64,000 nt of DNA, from positions 1-64,000 of the forward strand of contig JANRLW010000043.1 of NCBI GenBank assembly GCA_033762295.1, read 5' to 3'. Both the position numbers and the translations under genes were made by a program. How positions within the stretch are numbered: position 1 is the stretch's first letter; every line of letters begins with the position of its first letter. Of this stretch, positions 10,305 through 19,410 are shown piece by piece. This DNA is from Capsulimonadales bacterium. GTDB lineage: Bacteria; Armatimonadota; Armatimonadia; Armatimonadales; Armatimonadaceae. The notes under the pieces were generated by a model, which was not told the origin of the DNA, ran no database searches, and worked only from the letters and a program-made list of their open reading frames with translations.

Positions 10305-11098
10305 GCCCCCTCCGTTCCCCAGCGGCGGGCGACGATCCGCTCCAGCGGAAAAAACACGGCCCGTTCGACCAGCAGGCCGATCGCCAGAATCACGCCGATC
10401 ATTCCCAGGACCATCGCCATGTCGTTCAGGTCACGCCCGGTCGTCAGCAGGTGGCCGACCCCGGTCCGGAGGGACTGCGAGAGGAGTTCCGCCGACATCA
10501 GGGAACGCCACGCGAACGCCCAACCCTGACGCATTCCGGCGAGGTAGGCCGGAAGGATGGCGGGTAACAGGACGTACCACCAGAGGCGGAAGCCGGTCGC
10601 TCCGAGCATCCGGGCCGCCCGCAATGTCAACGGCGGCAGGTTGCGAACACCGGCCCGCACTGCCAGGGTCACCGCGAACAATGCCCCCATCACCACCACG
10701 AAAAGTACGGCATTCTCGTTCAGGCCGAACCAGAGCAGGGCCAGCGGAAACCAGCAGATCGACGGCAGGGATTGGAGTCCGATAATGGTCGTGCCCACCG
10801 TTTCATCGAGGAGTCGGACCCGCGCAAGGAGAAGCCCCAGACCGGTGCCGATCACCAGCGAAATCAGGTATCCGGTTCCGACGCGTACGAGCGACGTGAG
10901 AACGGCCGGGAGGAGCGTACCGTCCTTCAAACTATCGAGGAGAAACCCGCCGACTTCGGGCGGGGACGGAAGGAGGTAGGGGGGCCAGACACCCCATGCC
11001 GCCAGTCCCCACCAGAGGGCGAAAAGCAGTAAATAGAATCCGATCCGGAGAAGGGGGATCGAGCGGTCAAGCGTAGGCCGGAGGGTTGATGAACTCAT
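10301..11098 (-). CDS. ABC transporter permease (SsuC/TauC-like)
   Basis: LLPSP, LQSLPSICWFPL, RAARMLGA loop, WRSLMSAEL. Confidence 0.92.
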   Translation of the reverse strand: MSSSTLRPTLDRSIPLLRIGFYLLLFALWWGLAAWGVWPPYLLPSPPEVGGFLLDSLKDGTLLPAVLTSLVRVGTGYLISLVIGTGLGLLLARVRLLDETVGTTIIGLQSLPSICWFPLALLWFGLNENAVLFVVVMGALFAVTLAVRAGVRNLPPLTLRAARMLGATGFRLWWYVLLPAILPAYLAGMRQGWAFAWRSLMSAELLSQSLRTGVGHLLTTGRDLNDMAMVLGMIGVILAIGLLVERAVFFPLERIVARRWGTEGA

Positions 11099-11167
11099 GA
11101 AAATGGACGGTCCGGAGGGACCGCCCTATTATATACTTACCCGGTCAGTTTTTGCTACAATTCGCGT

Positions 11168-11917
11168 CTAGCGGATCGGATTGCGACGCCAGTCGTTGTC
11201 CTGATAGGAGCGCCAGGTCCTCTCCGGGCGGGTCCATTTGGCATGGCCATCCGCGAAGGTGATATTGCCGCCACCGTTGTGTCGGGCAAGGAAACGCGCC
11301 TGTTGCTGGGTATCCGGCCTGGTAGAGTCGTCGAATGCCCAGGGCTGGGGATAGAGACCGCCGCGCGATGGTAAACCGGAAGCGCGTCCCGCATCGGCGA
11401 GGATGATGAACTCCGCCGGGAAAGTGATACCGGCAACGCCGGTGTCATCGTTGAAGCCAAAGTCCGGGTTGTCGATGTACCACTGGCGCTGGCTGGCATT
11501 CTCCAGTTTGGACTCATTGTGGTTGTTGCCGTAGTCGGTGGTGAACCAGCGACCGGGTCCCGGGGTCGGCCAGGCGGGCGCGGAGGGGCATTTATAGATC
11601 TGCTGATTCTTCACATACGGATCGATCTTGGTCTTGTAGGAGAACGGCGCACGACCTTCCGCGGTATCCGGGGTGCCGACCGGAGCGGTTCGCTCGGTGA
11701 CATGCGGATAGAAGCGCTCATCATAGTCCTGCAGATACATCATGATGCCAAGGCCAAGCTGTTTGGTGTTGGAAAGGCAGGAGGTCTGGCGGGCTTTTTC
11801 GCGAGCCTGAGCGAAGACCGGGAAGAGAATCGCGGCAAGAATCGCGATGATGGCGATCACAACGAGGAGTTCGATCAGCGTAAACGCGGTCGAGCGAGCG
11901 GAATTCATCGTTTTCAT
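11168..11917 (-). CDS. prepilin-type N-terminal cleavage/methylation protein with H-X9-DG motif (DUF1559-type)
   Basis: [48 protein letters not shown]. Confidence 0.92.
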   Translation of the reverse strand: MKTMNSARSTAFTLIELLVVIAIIAILAAILFPVFAQAREKARQTSCLSNTKQLGLGIMMYLQDYDERFYPHVTERTAPVGTPDTAEGRAPFSYKTKIDPYVKNQQIYKCPSAPAWPTPGPGRWFTTDYGNNHNESKLENASQRQWYIDNPDFGFNDDTGVAGITFPAEFIILADAGRASGLPSRGGLYPQPWAFDDSTRPDTQQQARFLARHNGGGNITFADGHAKWTRPERTWRSYQDNDWRRNPIR

Positions 11918-13017
11918 TCTTTTACTTTCCTGGCGGAGGTCGTTTTTGAGTCAGCCGCCATGGCGGCTCGGGCGGCGGTCAACGGGCCGTCGGCGAAAAG
12001 ATCGCCGAGGGCGGTGCGGTCCTGGCGCAGATATCCCAGTTCTCTGGCCCAGTCGGCAAAGGTAAGCACGGAATCGCGTAAGGGTTCGTCGGTGATTTCG
12101 GTTCGTTTCAGCGCGGAAAGCAGGATGTCGTCGGGCAGGGCTTTTCCCTGGTTCAGTTCCTTGATCCGTTCCCCGATCACCCGGCGGGCGGCGTCCGGTT
12201 CGGTTCGAATCCTCCGGACGGCACGAATATGAGCGGTCAGGAATTTCTCGACGAGTTCGGGATGCTGCTCCAGAAACTCGGTCCGAACAATAACCACGGC
12301 GGTGGAGAATCGTCCCTGCGACCAGAGGGTTTTTTCATCGAGAACGATTCCGGCCCCGGTCTCCTTTTCCAGTCGCGCAACCCAGGGTTCGGGAACGAAG
12401 GCGGCATCGACGGTTTTCAGGCGGAACTGATTCAGCGTATCGGCGGGGGCGAACTGAAGGACTTCGACGGCGGACGATCCCTGGCCGCCTCTATCCTTGG
12501 GCGTCAGTCCGTTTTCCCGGAGGAAATGTCGGAGGGAGATATCCTGCGTGCCTCCGGTTTGAGGGACGGCGACCCGTTTCCCGGCGAGATCCTTGATGGA
12601 GGCGATCTTCACGTCGGCGCGCGCCACCAGCGCGGTGCCGCCCGAGGAGGAACCGGCGATGATCCGCAGGGCTTTGCCTCTCGATTTGAGGAAGCCGTTG
12701 ACGGCGGGACCGGGACCGATATAACCGAGGTCGATCTCGCGGGCGAACAGAGCTTCGATCTCGGCCGGACCGGCGGTGAAGACGTGTTCCTCGACCTGGG
12801 CTGCGTCTCCGAACGCCTTTGCCAGGGAACCGTCGCCGGTGGCCAGCAAGGCCGGCGCGTGCGTGACGTTCGGAAAGAATCCGATGCGAACGGTCGGCGG
12901 TCCGGGGCGGTCCGCCGATAGTCCGGCGGAGGAGCCCGAGGAAACGCACCCGATCGGACAGAGCAATGGCAACAAGGCAAGGAGTCGCACGGCAAGGTAT
13001 CGGGCGGTTCGCAACAT
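11914..13017 (-). CDS. ABC transporter substrate-binding lipoprotein (SsuA-like)
   Basis: [38 protein letters not shown]; lipobox-like PIGC; ATG at 13017 sits just downstream of a consensus promoter. Confidence 0.9.
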   Translation of the reverse strand: MLRTARYLAVRLLALLPLLCPIGCVSSGSSAGLSADRPGPPTVRIGFFPNVTHAPALLATGDGSLAKAFGDAAQVEEHVFTAGPAEIEALFAREIDLGYIGPGPAVNGFLKSRGKALRIIAGSSSGGTALVARADVKIASIKDLAGKRVAVPQTGGTQDISLRHFLRENGLTPKDRGGQGSSAVEVLQFAPADTLNQFRLKTVDAAFVPEPWVARLEKETGAGIVLDEKTLWSQGRFSTAVVIVRTEFLEQHPELVEKFLTAHIRAVRRIRTEPDAARRVIGERIKELNQGKALPDDILLSALKRTEITDEPLRDSVLTFADWARELGYLRQDRTALGDLFADGPLTAARAAMAADSKTTSARKVKE

Positions 13018-13023
13018 GAAGAG

Positions 13024-13053
13024 ATTATAGACTTGAAAAATTGTCTTTGTCAA
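13024..13053 (-). promoter_or_regulatory. consensus sigma70 promoter of the SsuA-like gene
   Basis: Minus strand TTGACA-N18-TATAAT, 6 nt from ATG. Confidence 0.8.
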
Positions 13054-13201
13054 CATTAAATTTATAAATACGACCGAATTTGTAGAGATTATCCTTCGGG
13101 GTGGGGTTCTTCGGAGAATGAAGGCCGCTTCGTTGGCCGGGTCCAATCAACCGACGGTCCGCCCGCAAAATCGGTCGGCGGAACGTTCCAGGGAGTGACG
13201 G

Positions 13202-13684
13202 ATGGTAAAGAAGGAATATTGCGTTTCGTCGTCGGTCGGTTTGCTGATCGCTCTGATGGGGCTTTTCGTTGCCGGGTGCGGGAGCGGGTCCGGTACGTTG
13301 GGCGAAGCGCCCACGGAACTCAACCGAAACCGGGCGCTGTGGCGGAGCCGGAGTATCGATTCCTATGCCTACACGTTTCGTTACGGCGGATTCGTTCCGA
13401 AATCGCTGGCGGGGCCGGTAAGGGTCGAGGTGCGCAACGGAACGGTCGTCTCGGTGACGCCGACGGAACCGGGCGCGGAGATCGACCGGGCCTTTTTCGC
13501 CCGGTTCGATACGATCGACGAGTTGTTTGATGTCATCCGCCAGGAGGAGTCCGGGACGCCGGATCGCCTGGATACGACGTATGATCCGGCGACCGGCGTT
13601 CCCACGCAATTTTATGTGGACCGTGAATTCCGGATGGCCGACGAGGAGTACAGTTTCGACGTGACCGGTTTCACGGCTCTGTAG
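13202..13684 (+). CDS. hypothetical lipoprotein (DUF6174-like)
   Basis: Lipobox VAGC; W...I.SY.YT, TIDELF, YDP.TG.P and DEE motifs. Confidence 0.7.
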   Translation: MVKKEYCVSSSVGLLIALMGLFVAGCGSGSGTLGEAPTELNRNRALWRSRSIDSYAYTFRYGGFVPKSLAGPVRVEVRNGTVVSVTPTEPGAEIDRAFFARFDTIDELFDVIRQEESGTPDRLDTTYDPATGVPTQFYVDREFRMADEEYSFDVTGFTAL

Positions 13685-13687
13685 CGG

Positions 13688-14530
13688 TTACTTCCGCAGA
13701 CCGTTCGGTACGCCTTCGGGGAACTGCTCCCGAATCGCCTCCTCGATCCGGGGAATGCGGTTCTCCGGATTGGGGTGGGTCGCGAAGAACTCCGGCGTCC
13801 GTCCGCCGCCCGCCGCCGCTTTCAACACCTGCATGACCCCGATCATTCCGCGCGGATCGTATCCGGCCTGGCTCATAAATCGGACCCCGAGCCGGTCGGA
13901 CTCCACCTCGTCGTTGCGGCTGAACTTGAGGTTGACCAGTTGACCGATGGCGGCGGCCACGGCGGCGGTATTGCGGCTATTCGGGTTTTCGGGGTCGTAG
14001 GAGGCCATCACCGCCGCGCCGGTCAGTCCCTGGGTCAGTTGCTGCTTGGCCAGTTGTTCCGCACTGTGGCGGCCGGCGACGTGCGCCATCTCATGCCCGA
14101 GCACGCCCGCCACCTGTCCTTCGGTTTTCAACCGCTGTAGCAGAGCACGGGTAATGAAGACCTGCCCGCCCGGAAGCGCGAAGGCGTTAATCGTCCGATT
14201 ATCGTTCAACAGGTGGAATTGATACGGGTACGGGCTGTTTTTCAGATCGGACCCGGCCAGGAGTTGCTGTCCGACCCGGTCGACCAGTGCCTGCCCGCGG
14301 GCGTCCCCGCCCGCGCCGCCGTACTGCCGGATCATTTCCGGCGCGGCCTGAAGCCCGAGGGCGATCTCCTGTCGTGGGGTGATGCCCCCGGTACGCTGCT
14401 TTTCACCCGTCGTCGGGTTGACGGACGACGAGCCGAAGTAGCGGAAAATCGAAATCGCCGCGATAATCAGGGCGACGATCAAGCCGATTCCCGCGCCGCG
14501 TCGCTGACCGTACGTCGGACCGCTCACCAT
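13688..14530 (-). CDS. M48 family zinc metalloprotease
   Basis: NAFALPGG, HEMAH, FSRNDEVESD, FATHP; N-terminal membrane anchor. Confidence 0.92.
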   Translation of the reverse strand: MVSGPTYGQRRGAGIGLIVALIIAAISIFRYFGSSSVNPTTGEKQRTGGITPRQEIALGLQAAPEMIRQYGGAGGDARGQALVDRVGQQLLAGSDLKNSPYPYQFHLLNDNRTINAFALPGGQVFITRALLQRLKTEGQVAGVLGHEMAHVAGRHSAEQLAKQQLTQGLTGAAVMASYDPENPNSRNTAAVAAAIGQLVNLKFSRNDEVESDRLGVRFMSQAGYDPRGMIGVMQVLKAAAGGGRTPEFFATHPNPENRIPRIEEAIREQFPEGVPNGLRK

Positions 14531-14673
14531 GCCGGTTCCTCTGCGAATGTTTTTGACAAGACGTTCCGCCCGGAGCCGACGGTTCCGCGGACGTTTCCGT
14601 TCCGGTGGTTCTCACGGCAGTATGGGAAAGCGCCTTGCCCGATGGCAATACTCCGGGCGCGAAGGAGAGTTCC

Positions 14674-15045
14674 ATGTCCGTTCCCGAATTTCTGGCCGTC
14701 TATCCGATCAGCGGCGAGACGGAGGCGCTGCCCGTGAACGCACTCGGGCCGGCAATCGGTTACTACGTGCATGTCCTTGGCTTTTCCCTGATCGCGCGGG
14801 ACGACACGACGGCGACCCTGCGCCGCGACCAGGTGACTATCGGCCTGGCCCTCAGCGAACAGGACCCGGAAGCGGTCAGTTGCTATTTTTCGGTGCGGAA
14901 TATCGAGGCTCTGCGCGACGAGTACGTCCGCAAGGGGATCGACCCGACCGAGATCCGGCTGGACACGCACAACGGAAAAAATTTCCGGGTTTTCTTTGCG
15001 AAGGAACCGTACGGCGTCTGTTTTTGCTTCGGCGAACCGGCTTGA
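14674..15045 (+). CDS. VOC/glyoxalase-like protein
   Basis: AIGYYVHVLGF, CYFSVRNIEAL, EPYG...FG; SD AAGGAG before ATG 14674. Confidence 0.75.
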   Translation: MSVPEFLAVYPISGETEALPVNALGPAIGYYVHVLGFSLIARDDTTATLRRDQVTIGLALSEQDPEAVSCYFSVRNIEALRDEYVRKGIDPTEIRLDTHNGKNFRVFFAKEPYGVCFCFGEPA

Positions 15046-15091
15046 CGGCGCATTTCGGTGGGTTGACCGGTTTTCGGTCCGGTATAATGGA

Positions 15092-15123
15092 AAGGCGGAC
15101 GGGAATGAACCGTCCGCCTTCTT
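15092..15123 (+). terminator. 11-bp stem hairpin; terminator of the VOC gene or 5' hairpin of the next transcript
   Basis: AAGGCGGACGG-gaatgaa-CCGTCCGCCTT-ctt; TATAAT at 15083-15088 just upstream. Confidence 0.5.
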
Positions 15124-15165
15124 GCTGCGTCCGCAAATGCAGATCTGAAAATAGAAAGTCGCGGT

Positions 15166-17109
15166 ATGAAACAGTTCCCTAATGCGGGTCGATTCCTGGC
15201 CGTTCTGGGCCTGCTGCCGGTACTCCTGCTGACGGTGGCGGCGAAGGATAGCCACTCCGGGTCGGATATCCGACGGCGTGGTCGTTCGGTGAACGCCGAT
15301 CTTCCGGTCACTCCGGCGACGAAGGACCGCTCTTATCGCTTCCGGGACATTCAGGGAAGCCGGGCGACGGTACTCATCTTTGTCGGTACGAACTGCCCGA
15401 TCGCCCGACGTTATCGCCCCGAGGTGCTCGCCTTGCGGCAGCAATATGCCCGTCGCGGGGTGTCCGTGGCGCTCGTGTATCCCAACGCGGGCGAGAACCG
15501 GCGCGATATCGTCGATTTTGCCGGGGAGGCGTTGAAGTCGGTTCCCGCACTTTCGGACCCCAAACAGACGCTCGCCGATGCCGTGGGGGCGACGATGACG
15601 CCCGAAGCGGCGGTGCTCGATGCGACGGGCACGGTGCGGTACTGCGGGCGGATCGACGATTGGTTTACGGACCTCGGCAAACCGCGCACGAACGGGGCGA
15701 CGTCCCGCGACCTGCGGAGCGCACTGAACGCGGTCCTGTCCGGAAAGGCCGTTGCCCGACCCACCGTCGCGGCGGTGGGCTGCCTGATCGAACGGACCGA
15801 TCGAACGTCGGTGGCGACCGGACCGACCTACGCGGAGCATATCGCGCCGATCCTTAATAAAAACTGCGTCTCCTGCCACCGTTCCGGAGAGATCGGACCG
15901 ATGCCGCTGGCAAAATACGGGGACGCCGTGAAATACGCGGCCAATATCGCCGCGGTCACTTCGGAAAAGCGGATGCCGCCCTGGAAGCCGATCGCCGGTC
16001 ATGGAGAGTTTGCCGACGAACGCCGTCTTTCCGATGCCGAAGTCGCGCTGATCAAGCTCTGGGCGGACGCCGGAGCGCCGGAGGGCGATCGACGCAAAAC
16101 CCCTCCGACCCCCACATTCCCCGAAGGTTGGCGACTCGGTAAGCCGGACCTGATCCTTCGAATGCCGACCGCCTGGAAGGTAGACGCGAACTCTCCCGAC
16201 ACGTACCGCTGTTTCGTGTTGCCGACCGGTCTGACCGAGGATAAAGAGGTCGTCGGAATCGAGTACCGGGCCGGAAACAAAGGCGTCGTCCATCACATTC
16301 TGAGCTATATCGACACCGCCGGGGTTGGCCGGGACCGGGATGCGAAGGAAGACGGACCGGGATACACATCGTTCGGCGGACCGGGATTTATGCCGTTCGG
16401 CGAACTGGGCGGGTGGGCTCCCGGAAATCTCCCCCGGTTTTTGCCGAACGGGATCGGACGGAAACTTCCGGCGGGTTCGGACGTGGTGATGCAGGTGCAC
16501 TACCATGCCAGCGGCAAGCCGGAGGAGGACGTGACGGAGGTCGGACTGTACTTCGCCAAAAAACCGGTGACCCGGCCGTTCCGAATCATCCCGGTGGCGG
16601 TGCGTAAACTGGAAATTCCGGCGGGGGAGGCGAACCATACGGTCACCCAGACCTACCCGGTGCCGGTCGATGCCGTGATTCACCAGGTAACGCCGCACAT
16701 GCACCTTCTCGGGCGGAAGATCGAGATGACGGCGACGCTTCCGGACGGCAGGACGCTTCCGTTGATCCGGATCGATGACTGGGATTTCAAGTGGCAGGAC
16801 TCCTACTACTTCAAGGAGCCGGTTCGCCTGCCGAAAGGATCGAAAGTGACGCTGACGGCGTCCTTCGACAACTCGACCGGCAATCCGCGCAATCCGAACA
16901 CGCCTCCGCAACGGGTGACCTGGGGTGAGGCGACGACCGACGAGATGTGCATCGGCTTTCTCGGCTTTACGGCGGTCGACGAGAACGACCCGCTGGTACA
17001 GCTTTATGACCGGCTGCTGCAGCGGCGCGGCGAGCGCAACCCGGAGGGCGACCGGCGTCTGCGCGAGGCGGCGCGGGAACTGCTCGGGCAAAAACCGGCC
17101 ACCCCTTAA
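15166..17109 (+). CDS. secreted redoxin + c-type heme + copper type II (PHM/DBH-like) monooxygenase fusion
   Basis: Signal peptide; NCPIA, TPEA, GRIDD (redoxin); CVSCH; VVHHIL, VHYH, PHMH, DEMC copper-ligand motifs. Confidence 0.85.
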   Translation: MKQFPNAGRFLAVLGLLPVLLLTVAAKDSHSGSDIRRRGRSVNADLPVTPATKDRSYRFRDIQGSRATVLIFVGTNCPIARRYRPEVLALRQQYARRGVSVALVYPNAGENRRDIVDFAGEALKSVPALSDPKQTLADAVGATMTPEAAVLDATGTVRYCGRIDDWFTDLGKPRTNGATSRDLRSALNAVLSGKAVARPTVAAVGCLIERTDRTSVATGPTYAEHIAPILNKNCVSCHRSGEIGPMPLAKYGDAVKYAANIAAVTSEKRMPPWKPIAGHGEFADERRLSDAEVALIKLWADAGAPEGDRRKTPPTPTFPEGWRLGKPDLILRMPTAWKVDANSPDTYRCFVLPTGLTEDKEVVGIEYRAGNKGVVHHILSYIDTAGVGRDRDAKEDGPGYTSFGGPGFMPFGELGGWAPGNLPRFLPNGIGRKLPAGSDVVMQVHYHASGKPEEDVTEVGLYFAKKPVTRPFRIIPVAVRKLEIPAGEANHTVTQTYPVPVDAVIHQVTPHMHLLGRKIEMTATLPDGRTLPLIRIDDWDFKWQDSYYFKEPVRLPKGSKVTLTASFDNSTGNPRNPNTPPQRVTWGEATTDEMCIGFLGFTAVDENDPLVQLYDRLLQRRGERNPEGDRRLREAARELLGQKPATP

Positions 17110-17304
17110 CCGTTTCTTCGAAATCGGGTCCGCGCTCCGGCGGACGGCGCGAGGTCGCCTGTGAAGGCTATACTTGCGCCGTCCCTTTCGTGTATAATGG
17201 GGCGGTTCATGCCGGACGACGGATTGAGCCGACATCACTTCCACAACAGAAAGTTGCGCCCGCGCGGTCCGCGGACCGGGCGCGGGTGAGGACCGAAACG
17301 AATT

Positions 17305-18360
17305 ATGGCTAAAGGGACAGCCGAAGCGCCGGCCACCGAGGCCGGCGACGCCGAAATTTCGGCGAACACCGTGACCGAAAAGCCGTTCGACCGGGAGAAA
17401 TATCGCCGTTTTTACGAACAGATGGTGCATATTCGGGAGTTCGAGGAGCTTTGCGCCGTCGCGTTCAAAAAAGGCACCCATGGCATCGGCGGATACCTCC
17501 ATCTCTACTCCGGCGAGGAGGCGATTGCGTGCGGCATCATCGGCGCATTGGATCGCAGCAAGGGAGACTGCTTCATCGGACACTACCGCGACCACGGCTA
17601 CGCGCTGGCAGCGGGTAGCGATCCCAACGAGGTCATGGCGGAAATCTGCGGAAAAGCGACCGGGTGTTCCAAGGGCAAGGGCGGTTCGATGCATATCTGC
17701 GACGCGGCCCGCGGTTTCTACGGCGGGTACGGGATCGTCGGCGGGAACGTTCCGATCGCTCTCGGACTCGGATGGGCGCTGAAGTATAAGAAATTGGACG
17801 GGGTTTGCGTCTGTTTCTTCGGCGACGGTTCGATGAACCAGGGTGGCTTCCATGAGACGTTGAACATGGCGCAACTGTATCGCGTGCCGGTGCTCTTCGT
17901 GCTGGAGAACAACGGCTACGCGATGGGGACGTCGATCGAACGCAGCCATGCCAATCCGAATCTCGCCTCCCGCGTCGAGTCCTACGCCATGAAGTACGAT
18001 ACGATCGACGGCCAGAACATCGTCACGGTACACGAACGCGCGACCGAGATCGTCGAGGAGATGCGGCGGAACCCCGCTCCGTTCTTCCTGGAGTGCAAGA
18101 CCTACCGGTACCATGGTCACGGCGCGGCCGATGAGGCAAAGCAGACGGTCTATCGTTCCCGTGAGGAGATCGAGCAGGCGAAGCAACGCGACCCGCTGGT
18201 CATCGCCGAACGCCTGCTGCTCGAGCAGGGGGCGATCAACGACGAGGAGATTGAGCGCATCCGGAAAGAGGCCCTGGCGGCCGCCGAAGCCTCGCTGAAA
18301 TTCTCCGATGAGTCGCCCAACCCGTCGCCCGACGAACTTCTCAAGGACGTCTACGCCTGA
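17305..18360 (+). CDS. pdhA: pyruvate dehydrogenase E1 alpha
   Basis: GYLHLYSGEEA, YRDH, GKGGSMH, GDG...ENN TPP motif, TYRYHGH. Confidence 0.93.
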   Translation: MAKGTAEAPATEAGDAEISANTVTEKPFDREKYRRFYEQMVHIREFEELCAVAFKKGTHGIGGYLHLYSGEEAIACGIIGALDRSKGDCFIGHYRDHGYALAAGSDPNEVMAEICGKATGCSKGKGGSMHICDAARGFYGGYGIVGGNVPIALGLGWALKYKKLDGVCVCFFGDGSMNQGGFHETLNMAQLYRVPVLFVLENNGYAMGTSIERSHANPNLASRVESYAMKYDTIDGQNIVTVHERATEIVEEMRRNPAPFFLECKTYRYHGHGAADEAKQTVYRSREEIEQAKQRDPLVIAERLLLEQGAINDEEIERIRKEALAAAEASLKFSDESPNPSPDELLKDVYA

Positions 18361-18379
18361 TACACGGAAACGATTTTTT

Positions 18380-19396
18380 ATGGCAAAAATGCGATATATC
18401 GACGCGCTGACCCTCGCTCTGAAAGAGGAGATCGAGCGCGATCCCAACGTCTTCATCGTTGGCGAAGAGGTGGCCCAGTACAACGGTACGATCGAAGTCA
18501 CCAAAGGCTTTCTCGAGAAGTACGGTCCGTTGCGTCTGGTGGACACGCCCATCTCCGAAGCCGGGATCATCGGTCTCGGGATCGGGGCGGCGATGGCCGG
18601 ACTGCGCCCCGTATGCGAGATGATGCGTATGGACTTCGCCCTGCCCGCCTACGACCAGATCGCCCAGCACGCCGCCAAGATCCGCTATATGTTCGGCGGT
18701 CAGTTCAAGGTGCCGATGGTCGTTCGCGGTCCTTCCGGTGTGGTGAACCAGCTGTCCGCGCAGCACTCGCAGTCGCTGGAAACGCTGTTCTGCCACTGTC
18801 CGGGCCTGAAGGTCGTCACTCCGGCCACGCCCGCCGACGCGAAGGGACTGCTCAAGGCGGCGATTCGCGATGACAATCCGGTGATTGTCCTCGAAGCGCT
18901 CAAAATCCACTTCCTGAAACCGGATCAATGGGACCACATCCAGCCCGGACTTTCCGAAGTCCCGGAGGACCCGGAGTTTGTGACCCCGCTCGGACAGGCG
19001 CAGGTGCTGCGCGAGGGCAAGGATGTGACGCTCATCTCCTACTCGACGATGAGCATCACCTGTCTGCGTGCCGCGAATCTGCTGGCGCAGGAAGGCATCT
19101 CCGCCGAGGTGGTCGACCTTCGTTCCCTGTTGCCGCTCGATATGGCGACTCCGCTGGCGTCGATCAAAAAGACCCATCGGGCGGTCGTCGTTCAGGAGCA
19201 GTGGGGACTGTACGGCTGCGGCGCGGAGATCTCCGCGCAGATTTCCGAACGGGCGTTCTACGATCTCGATGCGCCGGTTCAGCGTGTCGCGGGCGCGTTC
19301 GTTCCGATGCCCTATTCCAAGGCGCTGGAAACGCTGGCGTACCCCAATGAAAACGACGTTGTGGCGGCGGTGAAGCGCGCCCTGGCCGCGAAATAG
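18380..19396 (+). CDS. pdhB: pyruvate dehydrogenase E1 beta
   Basis: GEEV, DTPISE, AQHSQ, DAKGLLKAAIRDDNPV, VVDLRSL; ATG at 18380. Confidence 0.93.
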   Translation: MAKMRYIDALTLALKEEIERDPNVFIVGEEVAQYNGTIEVTKGFLEKYGPLRLVDTPISEAGIIGLGIGAAMAGLRPVCEMMRMDFALPAYDQIAQHAAKIRYMFGGQFKVPMVVRGPSGVVNQLSAQHSQSLETLFCHCPGLKVVTPATPADAKGLLKAAIRDDNPVIVLEALKIHFLKPDQWDHIQPGLSEVPEDPEFVTPLGQAQVLREGKDVTLISYSTMSITCLRAANLLAQEGISAEVVDLRSLLPLDMATPLASIKKTHRAVVVQEQWGLYGCGAEISAQISERAFYDLDAPVQRVAGAFVPMPYSKALETLAYPNENDVVAAVKRALAAK

Positions 19397-19410
19397 CAAG
19401 AAGAAACACT

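Noticed and set aside
12201..12213. GGTTCGAATCC tRNA-like motif
   Set aside because: Inside the SsuA-like CDS with no cloverleaf.
13018..13146. N-terminal extension of the SsuA-like ORF in the track
   Set aside because: It spans the AT-rich promoter; the lipoprotein signal begins at 13017.
14524..18570. 1348-aa minus-strand ORF
   Set aside because: It lies antisense to three well-supported genes plus the start of pdhB and has no recognisable motifs. It is a high-GC shadow ORF, though long.
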